Assembly: GCA_964471545.1 (NCBI GenBank)
Contig: CAYYJX010000003.1
Span: forward strand, 336 to 64,335
Direction: 5' to 3'
DNA: 64,000 nucleotides
DNA from: an uncultured Fimbriimonas sp.
Lineage (GTDB): Bacteria; Armatimonadota; Fimbriimonadia; Fimbriimonadales; Fimbriimonadaceae
The first letter of the stretch is position 1, and each line of letters begins with the position of its first letter. A program made the position numbers and the translations under genes. A model generated the notes under the pieces. The model made no database searches. It was not told where the DNA came from and saw only the letters and a list, made by a program, of their open reading frames with translations. Below, in pieces: positions 1-9,899 of this stretch.

Positions 1-610
1 GCGCGTCCAGAATCATCCGAGGGTTGGGCTTGCCCACGACGATCGGCTCTCGACCGATGCATGCCTTCAGGAGTTCGACAATCGAACCCGCACCGGGAGA
101 CAGTTTGCCCGCCTCCAGGGGAAACGTAAGATCGGCGTTGGTGGCAAGAAACTCCGCGCCTTTCAGCCCTACTTGCATCGCCGCGTCTAGAAGATCGTAG
201 GTCAGCGCGGTCTTGCATAGACCAACCACCAAGTATTCGGCGGCAGTCGACGAACCGGAGACCCGCCCCGCCTCATCGGCATTCACCACTCGCAGACCAT
301 GCTCGCGAAGCGTTTGAACGAGACCGGGTTCCCCTACTACGAAAACGCTTGCTTGCCCCTTCTTAGAAAGGTGCCGAGCAGTGGTGAAGCCGGAGCTCAA
401 AACGTCGTTGGTTTCCGCCGGAAAACCCATTCCGGTGAGCTTTTGCGCCACTTGTTGGCGGGTTTTAGAGGAGTTGTTCGTGGCATAAAACACTCGCGCC
501 CCCCGGTTCACGATCTTGCGAACGTAATCGGCGGCGCCTGGGACGGGTTCTTCTCCGCGATAAAGCGTTCCGTCCAAGTCAAAAATATAAGCGTGATATT
601 GGCCCTTCAT
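1..610 (-). CDS. HAD-IIA family hydrolase (NagD-like), runs off the window start
   Basis: Not in the ORF track. Manual minus-strand translation from ATG at 610 gives MKGQYHAYIFDLDGTLYRGEEPVPGA...YATNNSSKT...LATNADLTFP...PGAGS...VVGKPNP, the typical HAD-IIA motifs. Confidence 0.9.
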   Translation of the reverse strand, partial: MKGQYHAYIFDLDGTLYRGEEPVPGAADYVRKIVNRGARVFYATNNSSKTRQQVAQKLTGMGFPAETNDVLSSGFTTARHLSKKGQASVFVVGEPGLVQTLREHGLRVVNADEAGRVSGSSTAAEYLVVGLCKTALTYDLLDAAMQVGLKGAEFLATNADLTFPLEAGKLSPGAGSIVELLKACIGREPIVVGKPNPRMILDA

Positions 611-761
611 TTACCCTGTAACCCTTTCAGGTGACCCACACCCAAGAATATCGGCATTTACGCAACGAACGTACAGGAACAATCGCCACTCGGCGAGATT
701 TCAATGAATTTTGAAATTTCTGTCATTTCGAGAACGTAGCACGGTATAACGAGACAGGGAG

Positions 762-1532
762 ATGGCACCCGCAACCACCGACCATAAGGAAACTCTACCT
801 GTCGCAACAGCTGCGCAGGATGGTTCGACGGTCGCCATCTGGGAGACGTCTGGAGCTCAAAAGCGAGCCTCGGTACAGTCCATGTTCGCGGAGATCGCGC
901 CCACTTACGATCGACTCAACGGTCTTCTCAGCCTCAACTTGCACCGCAAGTGGCGCAGCGTTGCGGTGAAGGGTTTGCACCTTTCGAATGGTGGATCGGT
1001 AGCGGATATCTGCTGCGGATCGGGCGACTTCATGACTGAAATTCGCCATGTCGTTGGCACCGGTGGGACGGTGGTGGGAGTCGACTTTTGTCTTCCAATG
1101 CTCGAGCAAGCCGATGCCAAGCGCATTCCCGGAATCCACCTAGGAGACGCGCTTTCGCTTCCCCTTCAATCGGGCAAGTTCGACGCAGCAACCGTGGGGT
1201 GGGGTCTTAGAAACGTCCCCGATATCGATGTGGCTCACGCCGAGATCTTCCGGGTGCTAAGACCGGGGGGCCGATTTGCATCGATCGATATGGCAAAGCC
1301 CCGAAATCCAATGACACGGGCGATCTCCAAATTCTTCTTTAATACGTTTTCACCCCTTCTCGGAAAGTTATTCGGGTGTCCGACGGCGTACACCTACCTG
1401 CCTGAAAGCACCGAGCGATTCGCCTCTCGCGAGGACCTGATCGCTTCGATGCAACGAGCCGGATTTACCGACTGCACCTTCAAGGATCTGATGTTCGGAA
1501 ACATTTGCATCCACTGGGGCACCAAGCCATGA
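762..1532 (+). CDS. ubiE: UbiE/MenG demethylmenaquinone methyltransferase
   Basis: MFAEIAPTYDRLNGLLS, DICCGSGD SAM motif, GWGLRNV, TYLPES. Confidence 0.9.
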   Translation: MAPATTDHKETLPVATAAQDGSTVAIWETSGAQKRASVQSMFAEIAPTYDRLNGLLSLNLHRKWRSVAVKGLHLSNGGSVADICCGSGDFMTEIRHVVGTGGTVVGVDFCLPMLEQADAKRIPGIHLGDALSLPLQSGKFDAATVGWGLRNVPDIDVAHAEIFRVLRPGGRFASIDMAKPRNPMTRAISKFFFNTFSPLLGKLFGCPTAYTYLPESTERFASREDLIASMQRAGFTDCTFKDLMFGNICIHWGTKP

Positions 1533-2542
1533 CACCGGAAACACTGAATCTACTAGCCGATCCCCGCGCCCGAGCCGAACTGCTCTCGCGAGTCTCCGAT
1601 GAGGTCAACGAGATCGAATCGGTCATTCGAGACGCCTCCTCGAGCCGATCTGAAACCGTGGATCGGGTGATTCAACACACCCTCACCGCCGGTGGCAAAC
1701 GCCTTCGTCCCGCTTTCGTTTCGCTTTCTGCGAAGACCATCCGCGAGGATGTGGATATCGATCGTCTGCGGAAGCTGGGAGCTTGCATGGAGATGATCCA
1801 CATGGCAACTCTCATCCATGACGATGTCATCGACAACGCGGCGACTCGCCGGGGTCGGCCCACCGCCTCCGTTGAGTTTGGGAACACCGCCAGCATCCTT
1901 TCTGGAGACGTTCTTCTTGCCCGAGCGATGTCGATTCTTGCCGACGACGAGGATATTCCCGTCATTCGCGTAGTTGCCAATGCCGTTGCCGAGATGGCGG
2001 AGGGCGAGGTGGAAGAACTGGAAGTCCGAGGCGACTTCGACCTCGATACCGAGGCGCACTTTGGCATTTTGCAGAAGAAGACCGCAGGGTTTATTCGCTG
2101 CTGCTGCCAGATCGGAGCCATGGCGGCAGGAGGCACCAAGGAGCAGGTGGAAGCCCTTGCCGATTACGGCAACCACATTGGTCTTGCTTTCCAGATCGTA
2201 GACGACCTGCTGGACTATCGCGGCGACAAGGCGAAGACGGGCAAGCCGATCGCCACCGACTTCCGCGAGGGTCAAGCGACGCTCCCGCTGATTTATCTGC
2301 GCGAGAAGCTCTCTCCCGCCGAGTCTCAGATCGCCCGAAGGCGGTTCGGCGGCACCGTAAACGATGACGAGATTCGCATGATCTGCGACTGGATGGAGAC
2401 GCGCGGCGCCTTTGATCAGAGCATGAATCGTGCGATTCACCACGCAGAAGCGGCAAAGGAATCCTTGCGAGCCCTACCCGTAACCCTGGCTCGCGACATG
2501 CTGGAAGCCGTCGGCGACTACGTTCTTTCTCGACAGCATTAA
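1529..2542 (+). CDS. Polyprenyl (hepta/octaprenyl) diphosphate synthase
   Basis: GGKRLRP, LIHDDVID...RRG, GLAFQIVDDLLD, GKPIATDFREG. The ATG at 1529 overlaps the ubiE stop (ATGA). Confidence 0.92.
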   Translation: MTPETLNLLADPRARAELLSRVSDEVNEIESVIRDASSSRSETVDRVIQHTLTAGGKRLRPAFVSLSAKTIREDVDIDRLRKLGACMEMIHMATLIHDDVIDNAATRRGRPTASVEFGNTASILSGDVLLARAMSILADDEDIPVIRVVANAVAEMAEGEVEELEVRGDFDLDTEAHFGILQKKTAGFIRCCCQIGAMAAGGTKEQVEALADYGNHIGLAFQIVDDLLDYRGDKAKTGKPIATDFREGQATLPLIYLREKLSPAESQIARRRFGGTVNDDEIRMICDWMETRGAFDQSMNRAIHHAEAAKESLRALPVTLARDMLEAVGDYVLSRQH

Positions 2543-2565
2543 GGCTTGTCTGCGCGGTCCGACTG

Positions 2566-3327
2566 TTAGCCGACGTAGCGCAGCACTCGGACCGCGCCAA
2601 GGACCTCAAAGCCCATTTGTTCGTACCAACCCACCAAGCCAGGATTGCACTGCAACGTTAGTGTGGGGCTGTTCCCGGTTTCAATGAGCGCCCTCGTGAG
2701 ATGCTGACCATGGCCCATTCCGCGGTCGCGTAGATTGATGGCGATGTTGTAGAGCCCCATGGTGCCAGGCGTCGGATAGGTCATTCCTCCGCCCAGATAG
2801 CGGCCCGCTTTTTCAAATCGGAAGAGCTTCGCGTTCGGCGCGGCGGCGGTGACTCGGGCAAGACCTTCCAAGAAGCCCCTGTCCGCTCCGGAGAAGAACT
2901 GCCCGGCAAGGTGCAAAACCCAGTCTTGGCGAAATCGCAGTCCTTCCACAACTTCTAAGGCGGCATCCGGTTCTGCCATCGGTAACTTGCTTAGGACCAC
3001 TTCGCGTGGCGCCGACATCACCATCAGATCGTTGGTCGAGGCAAATCCGGCTCGCTGGAACACCTCCAAATCGGAGGCAAACTCGTCGGAGGGGAGAATG
3101 AAACCCGAAGCGACCCCAGAACGGCTGGCGGCTTCTTCGGCTCGAAGCACTCCGTTTCCATTGGTCCGGCAGGCAAAGAAGAAGTTGCTCGATGGGTGCC
3201 GATCCTCGGAAGAGCACATCACCAGGCCATCGCCCACCATTCTTTTTGCGCCCTTTGCCTGGAGTCCAAGCTCCAGATAGGCCTCGATCATGTTCCCTAC
3301 CGCGGCCTCAAGGCGATCGATGCTCAC
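2566..3327 (-). CDS. GNAT family N-acetyltransferase
   Basis: C-terminal GLYNIAINLRDRGMGHGQHL acetyl-CoA loop and WYEQMGF motif. Confidence 0.75.
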   Translation of the reverse strand: MSIDRLEAAVGNMIEAYLELGLQAKGAKRMVGDGLVMCSSEDRHPSSNFFFACRTNGNGVLRAEEAASRSGVASGFILPSDEFASDLEVFQRAGFASTNDLMVMSAPREVVLSKLPMAEPDAALEVVEGLRFRQDWVLHLAGQFFSGADRGFLEGLARVTAAAPNAKLFRFEKAGRYLGGGMTYPTPGTMGLYNIAINLRDRGMGHGQHLTRALIETGNSPTLTLQCNPGLVGWYEQMGFEVLGAVRVLRYVG

Positions 3328-4553
3328 AGAACGGTGCTCCAGAACAGACCGGGCGCGGTGCGCTTGGGGGTGGCTTGTAGTCCAAGGGATAGCCCTTTAC
3401 TCACCTCGACTCCCCAAAAAACGCTCGGGGTCCTTGGCGAAAGCAAGAACGAGATTGTGTGGCGCCCTTGCGGGTCGAACTTAACCAAGTCGATCCCTAG
3501 GACAACCTCCACGCCGTCCAATGCCGTGGCGGATAGACCTACCCGCGTTGTGGGCGCAAGCAGCTTTTCAGGAGGTGCATAACGCCGATCTCGCAGTTCG
3601 ACGTCAAAGAAGGTCGCAACCTCCCTGAACAACCTTCGCTGAACAAGAAATCCTCCGTAGTGCCCGGTGTCCAAAACGAGCACGGCTGGATCGTTTAGTC
3701 GTTCGATAAGTCGCTTCGAGTTTCCAGGCGGCACCACCGGGTCGTAAAGGCCATACACCACAAAGGCGCGACGATCGTCTTTGGTGGGATCCAGATAAGT
3801 CTCTGGCTCGATAGACTTGAGCGCCTCGCGCAGCGACTCTTCGGTCATCCCTTTCCGCCGCATCACGTCTCGCTGCGGAACCGTCCGGCTGGACTTCCAC
3901 AGGATGCCCGCGAGATCAGTCCCGCCTAACAAGAAGGCCCCCCGCTTGATGCGATCTTCCACCGCAAAAGAGAGCGAACTCACAATCGCCCCTAGGCTCA
4001 CCCCGCTGATGCCGATCTGGTCCGCATCGATCTCTTTTCGAGTTTGCAGGAAGTCGATGGCGCGTCGCACATCCATCACGGATTGCTCCGAAGTAGCGAT
4101 CAACTTGGCGGGTTCCGGCTGAATGGCGAGCTCCCCACTGGAGAGCCCTACAGGAGTCCGCTCCAGATGGTAGGGCAAGGTGAGAATCGCGGCCCCAACT
4201 CCTTTCGCCACCAATTGTGCCGCCAGGGATCGCTCCACCAAAAGGTCTTTGGCACCCCAGTAGTGGAGAATGAGCACCACCGGGACAGGTCTAGGAACCG
4301 ACCGTGGAAGAATCACGCGAAGAGTGACCGTATCGTTGATCGCTACTCCGGAAACAAAAGCGGAGGGAAACTTAGCCAGGAACTCTTCCGATTCATCGGT
4401 CCGCTCGGTTAGCCTCCAAGGGTCGAACGCAATCTGACCCGTTCGAAACCGATCTTGGTCCAACGAACCAAATGCAACGGGTGCAGCCGCAAGGAGTCCT
4501 AGCGCAAGAGCAGGGACGGTGCAAAGGCAAAATCTCATTTCCCTACTCTCCAA
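3324..4553 (-). CDS. Secreted alpha/beta hydrolase (esterase) with a C-terminal beta-rich extension
   Basis: Signal peptide, GVSLG nucleophile elbow, DPVV and TGHY triad residues. Start is TTG 4553 or ATG 4538. Confidence 0.75.
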   Translation of the reverse strand: MESREMRFCLCTVPALALGLLAAAPVAFGSLDQDRFRTGQIAFDPWRLTERTDESEEFLAKFPSAFVSGVAINDTVTLRVILPRSVPRPVPVVLILHYWGAKDLLVERSLAAQLVAKGVGAAILTLPYHLERTPVGLSSGELAIQPEPAKLIATSEQSVMDVRRAIDFLQTRKEIDADQIGISGVSLGAIVSSLSFAVEDRIKRGAFLLGGTDLAGILWKSSRTVPQRDVMRRKGMTEESLREALKSIEPETYLDPTKDDRRAFVVYGLYDPVVPPGNSKRLIERLNDPAVLVLDTGHYGGFLVQRRLFREVATFFDVELRDRRYAPPEKLLAPTTRVGLSATALDGVEVVLGIDLVKFDPQGRHTISFLLSPRTPSVFWGVEVSKGLSLGLQATPKRTAPGLFWSTVL

Positions 4554-4685
4554 ATCGTTCTAAGTCTTACCCAAGAACGCGGATTGAGATGACCTCTTTC
4601 GTTGGTTGCAGCAAGCGTCTTATCGGCCCTTCTTGATCGATTGGCTGCGGTCGTTCGTTTTGCGAATAAGCCACAATGAATCGGA

Positions 4686-6989
4686 ATGTTCTTCACTAAG
4701 TTTCCGCACCGAGCGAACATGACGTTCGCAGAAAAAGCCGACCAGCTAACCCTTCAGTGCGGAAAACGACTGCTTCAAATGCGCCTTCGCCACTTTGAAG
4801 GCGGCATCAGCCATTTGCAGATCTTCGATCAGGATCGGTTGGAGAATGGGTGCCTTGTCGACCTGATTCCGCCAGATAACGCCTCTGAAGGTCCCATCAC
4901 ATTCCACGAAGAAGGACATTTCTCGTTAAGCCTGGCAGGCGTAGATGCGGCGTTGGTCGGCCGGTTCGGAGTTTGCGAGCAAACCTCCATGTTCGCCTTT
5001 GAAGTGCCTCAAGACGCCCGTTTCTTTGGCATGGGTGAGAAGTACTTCGAGAGTCAGGAACGCAGCGGCCTTCGGAGCAAGTTCTACAACACCGACGTTT
5101 GGAGCGACTTTCACTTTGGGCAATGGGAAGAGCATCCGACCGACCCTCCCTACTACGCCGCCCCCTATCTTGCCGTAAAAGTAGGCGAATCGTTCTTTGG
5201 TCTGCTCCTTCATAACCCTTACCCCGCTTTCATCGAAACACCGGGCGTGGACGAATCGCGGGTGTTTGTAGAATGGCAGCGGACCGATCCGTTCCTGCTT
5301 ATGGGCAACGAGGGCGGTCAGCCCAATTTGTGGGTTATCGAAGGTCCCACTCTTGCCGACGTGACTCGCAAGATGCAGGCGCTCGTGGGCAAAACGCCTC
5401 GCCCCCCACTTTGGTCGCTTGGTTACCAGCAGTCGCGCTGGGGTTATCGCGGCGAGGCGGACCTGCTCGAGATCGACCGCCTGTTTACCGAGAACGATAT
5501 CCCCTGCTCCGGTCTTTGGATGGACCTGGACTACATGGATGAGTTCCGGATCTTTACGTTGAAGCCCGGTGCGTTCCCCAACGGCGTTCACTCGTGCGCT
5601 CAGAAGCTGTCTCAATCAGGCCGACGGATTGTCCCCATTATCGACCCCGGCGTGAAGCGAGACCCTGGCTATGCCGTTTTCGACGACGGAATCGCCAAGA
5701 ACGCCTTCTGCTTAACCCCTGAAGGACGTCCTTTCGTGGGACTGGTATGGCCGGGCGAGACCGTCTTCCCAGACTTCACGCTTGGTCGCATTCGAGACTG
5801 GTGGAAGGACTACGCAAAAGACTTCCGCCTCAGCGGATTTGGAGCCTGCTGGATCGATATGAACGATCCTTCGACGGGTCCCGTTGAACCCAAGCACATG
5901 CTCTTCAAAGAGGGCACTGAACCCCATTTCGCTCATCGTAATCAGTACGCCCTCGGCATGCAAATGGCAACGTTCGACGGGTTCCTGGCGGCCCATCCTG
6001 AGGAAAGACCGTTCATTCTCTCCCGCTCCGGTTTCTTCGGCTCCTCTCGGTACGCCGCCATTTGGGCGGGCGACAACCTTTCGAACTACTTCTATCTTGC
6101 GAACTCCATTCCCTGCGCGTTGGGTCTCTCCATCAGCGGGCAGCCCTTCAATGGCATGGATGTGGGTGGGTTCGGAAACGATGTCTCCGATGCATTGATG
6201 CTGGATTGGATGAAGCTTGCCTTCCTCTTCCCGTTCTGCCGAAACCACAGCAAAAAGGATTGTCGCCGCCAAGAGCCCTTCTACTTCCCCAAGTCGGTGA
6301 TGCTGATTCTCCGGAAGTACATCCGGCTCCGATACGCCCTGTTGCCGTACCTCTACAACGAGTTCATCAAGCACGAGGAAACCGGTGATCCGATTCTCCG
6401 CCCGGTGATGTACGAATTCCCTGGTAAGCCGAACGAGACGCTGGACGATCAATTCATGATCGGTTCGTCGGTCCTTCAGGCCCCGTTCGTCTCCGCCGAA
6501 ATGAAGCGAGCCGTTCGGCTACCGGGAAGAAGGCCGTGGTTTGATCTTTCCCAAGGAATTTGGACCAGCGAGCAGAAACTCGCCGCATTCCGATCACGCC
6601 AGGGAACGCCTATCTTCATTCGTTCTGGGGCGATCTTGCCGATGGCAACCGAGGTTCCTGCTGATGGCAACATCGATCTGAAGCAGGTGGAGTTCCACAT
6701 CTTCTTGGATGACAAATCGGTGCACTCCGAATACGTTTACACGGCCGATGACGGTCTCGGATACGGTTACCGAGAGGGTCAGGAATCGAAAGTGAAGCTC
6801 ACCGTCGCCGCTGTTTCCGGACACGTCGCCATTGCGTCGGAATGGCTGAATGAAACCTTCGGAAAGTTTGACCTCAAGTTCGTTCTGTACGGCGAAGTGA
6901 AGTCGCTCAAGGTCGATGGAGAAAATCGCGTCTTGGAATCGGTAAAGGTCTCCCCAATCGAGAAGACCTTCACCGTGAAGCGCGGCTAA
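4686..6989 (+). CDS. Glycoside hydrolase family 31 (alpha-glucosidase-like)
   Basis: GYQQSRWGY, WMDLDYM, IIDPG, WIDMNDP nucleophile motif, WAGDN, FPFCRNH, LRYALLPYLY. Confidence 0.9.
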   Translation: MFFTKFPHRANMTFAEKADQLTLQCGKRLLQMRLRHFEGGISHLQIFDQDRLENGCLVDLIPPDNASEGPITFHEEGHFSLSLAGVDAALVGRFGVCEQTSMFAFEVPQDARFFGMGEKYFESQERSGLRSKFYNTDVWSDFHFGQWEEHPTDPPYYAAPYLAVKVGESFFGLLLHNPYPAFIETPGVDESRVFVEWQRTDPFLLMGNEGGQPNLWVIEGPTLADVTRKMQALVGKTPRPPLWSLGYQQSRWGYRGEADLLEIDRLFTENDIPCSGLWMDLDYMDEFRIFTLKPGAFPNGVHSCAQKLSQSGRRIVPIIDPGVKRDPGYAVFDDGIAKNAFCLTPEGRPFVGLVWPGETVFPDFTLGRIRDWWKDYAKDFRLSGFGACWIDMNDPSTGPVEPKHMLFKEGTEPHFAHRNQYALGMQMATFDGFLAAHPEERPFILSRSGFFGSSRYAAIWAGDNLSNYFYLANSIPCALGLSISGQPFNGMDVGGFGNDVSDALMLDWMKLAFLFPFCRNHSKKDCRRQEPFYFPKSVMLILRKYIRLRYALLPYLYNEFIKHEETGDPILRPVMYEFPGKPNETLDDQFMIGSSVLQAPFVSAEMKRAVRLPGRRPWFDLSQGIWTSEQKLAAFRSRQGTPIFIRSGAILPMATEVPADGNIDLKQVEFHIFLDDKSVHSEYVYTADDGLGYGYREGQESKVKLTVAAVSGHVAIASEWLNETFGKFDLKFVLYGEVKSLKVDGENRVLESVKVSPIEKTFTVKRG

Positions 6990-7738
6990 AGCTGCTTGGA
7001 CTGCCCCAGCAGAAGCATCGCCTTCTGTTGGGCGCGGTTGATATGAAATCGCCCGGCGGCGATGAATCCCTTCCCTGCGTCGGTGTTCAAGTCCACCTTG
7101 GTACGTCGGTGGGCCTGGATCGCATCGACAAGGAGTTTCCCGAGCTCTTTATCCATCCCCTTCCCTTCGGCGGCAGGTACCAGTTCGTATAACGTCGCCG
7201 GGAGAATGGGAGCGGTGTCGGTGTCGGGAGCCGCCAAGGTTGTTCTCGCTAAGTCGAGGGCGCGCTTGACCTCTCCTTTCTTGGCGTAACACTGGGCGAG
7301 CCGGAGCGAATCGTTGACCCGACGATCCCAGTTGGGAGCCTTTTTGACCGCCTCTTCGTACACCGGAATCGCCGCCTCATATCGCCCCGTTGCCCGAAGC
7401 AGTTCGGCGTACTTCCATTTATCCTTTGGCAGGACACGATCTGGGTCGACGAACTTCAGCAGTCGCTCGGCTTCTTCGGCAATAAGCGAGAGTCTCTGTG
7501 AATCGGTCAGGGTTCGTTTTTGAACTTGGAAGTCCAAGATGTCACTGGCAGATTGCAGCAGGTTCCGAGCAACTTCGACCCGATCCGGCTCGATCGTGGT
7601 TTGGATATCGTTCGGGTCGGCATAGACACCGCACCCGAACAATAACCCCGCAATCGCGACTAGACCAAGATGTTGTAGCGCTCTTCGTTGAATAGCGCGT
7701 CTCGATACACTTCGCTGCCGCAGAAAGTGAGCATGCAC
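6986..7738 (-). CDS. TPR-containing predicted lipoprotein
   Basis: Lipobox-like LLFGC after a hydrophobic stretch; TPR-like helices (AELLRATGRYEAAIPVYEEAV; LAQCYAKKGEVKRAL). Start uncertain (GTG 7738 proposed). Confidence 0.6.
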   Translation of the reverse strand: MHAHFLRQRSVSRRAIQRRALQHLGLVAIAGLLFGCGVYADPNDIQTTIEPDRVEVARNLLQSASDILDFQVQKRTLTDSQRLSLIAEEAERLLKFVDPDRVLPKDKWKYAELLRATGRYEAAIPVYEEAVKKAPNWDRRVNDSLRLAQCYAKKGEVKRALDLARTTLAAPDTDTAPILPATLYELVPAAEGKGMDKELGKLLVDAIQAHRRTKVDLNTDAGKGFIAAGRFHINRAQQKAMLLLGQSKQL

Positions 7739-8982
7739 TTGCCCTTGAATGCCATTCGATGGAACGGCGTATTCTTGCTCTTGCTGAACGTCTTGTGCCT
7801 GTCGAAAGTCCATTCAATCTCCGGATCTACTACGGTGATTTGAGCCACGGGTGTTTCCCCAGGGCGCAAAGTCCCAGCATCCAGACCAAGAATCATGGCT
7901 GGATTGGTGCTCATTTTGCGAATCGTATCAAGCGGGCTTAGAACCCCACGGTGCGTCAGATACGTAAGCGTGGCTCCAAGCGTGCATTCAAGGGTAGCCG
8001 CACCGAACGGTGCATCCTCGAAGGGCACATCTACCTCGTGAGAAGCGTGCGGCGAGTGGTCGCTGGCGATGCAGTCGATGGTGCCGTCTTGCAGACCCTG
8101 GGTCAGCAATTCGATATCGATCTTCGTTCGCAACGGAGGCGTGATTTTGAATCGGGTATCGAACTCTCCGATGTTGTCTTCGGTGAAAACGAAGTGCATC
8201 GGAGTGACCTCGCAGGTCACGGGTGCGCCCAACGACTTCACCAGACGGATCATTTCCACCGCACCCCAGCTGCTCACTCGCATGATGTGGGTGGGACACC
8301 CGATATCGAGCGAAAGGATGCAGTTGCGCATCGTGGCGATCTCCTCGGCCGTTCGGGGAATTCCCTTTAAACCGAGCATCGCGCTCATGGCACCGTCGTT
8401 CATGGTGCCGCCTTTGCTCAGTCCCACGTCGTCGCAGTGAGCCATGATGGGGATGTCCAACTGCTTGCACATCTCCATGGCGCGCGCCATCATCAGCGAG
8501 TTCTGGATCGGAAATCCTTCGTCGCTGGCAGCAACGATTCCCGCCCGCTTCATCGCCGACAGGTTCGTGAGTTCGGTGCCTTCCAGACCCTTGGTGAGTG
8601 CGCCAACGGGTGCAACGAACACTCCACCTGCTTCCGGACTTGCCGCGCGGTCGAGGATGAAATCAACCAGCGCCGGGTTGTCCAACGGTGGGTTGGTGTT
8701 GGGCATGCAGCAAATCGTGGTGTAGCCACCTGCTGCGGCGGCTTGAGTGCCCGTGATAATCGTCTCTTTGTGCTCGTCGCCGGGCTCTCGCAGGTGAACG
8801 TGAGGGTCGACTAAGCCGGGACAGATCCAGAGACCCGTGCAGTCGTAAATCTCGTCTAAGTGCGACTGATCGACGTTCTCGCCCACCTCGATGATCTGAT
8901 CGTCCTCAATGAGGACCGACCCGATGATGTCGAGATTCTGAGAAGGGTCGAGAATTCGACCGTTGCGCAGGAGCGATCTCAC
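7660..8982 (-). CDS. pyrC: Dihydroorotase (type I, multifunctional-complex type)
   Basis: PGLVDPHVHLREPG, MPNT, SDHSPH, KSKNTPF; directly downstream of pyrB. Confidence 0.88.
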   Translation of the reverse strand: MRSLLRNGRILDPSQNLDIIGSVLIEDDQIIEVGENVDQSHLDEIYDCTGLWICPGLVDPHVHLREPGDEHKETIITGTQAAAAGGYTTICCMPNTNPPLDNPALVDFILDRAASPEAGGVFVAPVGALTKGLEGTELTNLSAMKRAGIVAASDEGFPIQNSLMMARAMEMCKQLDIPIMAHCDDVGLSKGGTMNDGAMSAMLGLKGIPRTAEEIATMRNCILSLDIGCPTHIMRVSSWGAVEMIRLVKSLGAPVTCEVTPMHFVFTEDNIGEFDTRFKITPPLRTKIDIELLTQGLQDGTIDCIASDHSPHASHEVDVPFEDAPFGAATLECTLGATLTYLTHRGVLSPLDTIRKMSTNPAMILGLDAGTLRPGETPVAQITVVDPEIEWTFDRHKTFSKSKNTPFHRMAFKGKCMLTFCGSEVYRDALFNEERYNILV

Positions 8983-9893
8983 GCTTCCCCTCCGCCGAAA
9001 CAGTGGTAAATGGCAGCCATTCGCACAAAGACTCCGTTCTCAATTTGGTGATGGATCACGGAGTGAGAACCATCTGCGGTGTGGTCGTCGAGTTCGATGC
9101 CCCGGTTGATAGGTCCCGGGTGCATCACGATGCAATCTCGCTTCGCGAACCGGAGAGACTCGGAGTTGACCTGGTACATCGAGGCGTACTCGCCTGCCGA
9201 ACTGACCATGCCCTCTTTCATTCGCTCCTTCTGGAGGCGAAGAGTGATGATGACGTCGGCTTGGTCGATCCCTTCCTCAAGATCGTAATAGAACGTCCCT
9301 GGCAGTCGAGCGGTTCGAGTGGGAATGAGCGTCTTCGGACCGACGAGTCGTACGTCCGCGCCGAGTTTGTCGAGCAGCCACGCGTTCGAACGAGCGACCC
9401 GGCTGTGCTCGACATCGCCGACGATCGCGACGGTTAACCCTTCGATCTGTCCCTTGGACTCGATGATCGTGAGGGCATCTGCAAGCGCCTGAGTAGGGTG
9501 TTCGTGTTGACCATCCCCCGCGTTGAGTACCGGCCCGCCAAAGTGTCGAGCGGCAAGAACCGGCGCACCTGAGGCTCGGTGTCGCATGACCAGCCCGTCC
9601 AGTCTCTCGTATCGAAGGGTGAGGATCGTGTCCTTCAGGGTTTCCCCTTTCGACATGCTGGATGAAGAGGTCGCAAAGTTGGACGATCGCATTCCAAGGT
9701 AGAAAGCGGCTTGCTCGAAACTCACTCGTGTCCGCGTCGAGTTTTCGAAGAAGAGCATGCCGATCACCTTGCGATCAAGGCGAGGAACCGCTTCACCCGC
9801 TCGAACGCGGGCTTTAAAGTCGGCACCCAGGGAAATGAGGTGGTTGATCTCCTCGTTCTCCAAGGTTCGTATGGCGATTAAGTTTCTGGACAT
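8979..9893 (-). CDS. pyrB: Aspartate carbamoyltransferase catalytic subunit
   Basis: FFENSTRTRVSFE, KGETLKDT, NAGDGQHEHPTQAL, GDVEHSRVARS, RLQKER, HPGPINRG. Confidence 0.96.
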   Translation of the reverse strand: MSRNLIAIRTLENEEINHLISLGADFKARVRAGEAVPRLDRKVIGMLFFENSTRTRVSFEQAAFYLGMRSSNFATSSSSMSKGETLKDTILTLRYERLDGLVMRHRASGAPVLAARHFGGPVLNAGDGQHEHPTQALADALTIIESKGQIEGLTVAIVGDVEHSRVARSNAWLLDKLGADVRLVGPKTLIPTRTARLPGTFYYDLEEGIDQADVIITLRLQKERMKEGMVSSAGEYASMYQVNSESLRFAKRDCIVMHPGPINRGIELDDHTADGSHSVIHHQIENGVFVRMAAIYHCFGGGEA

Positions 9894-9899
9894 CGTGGC

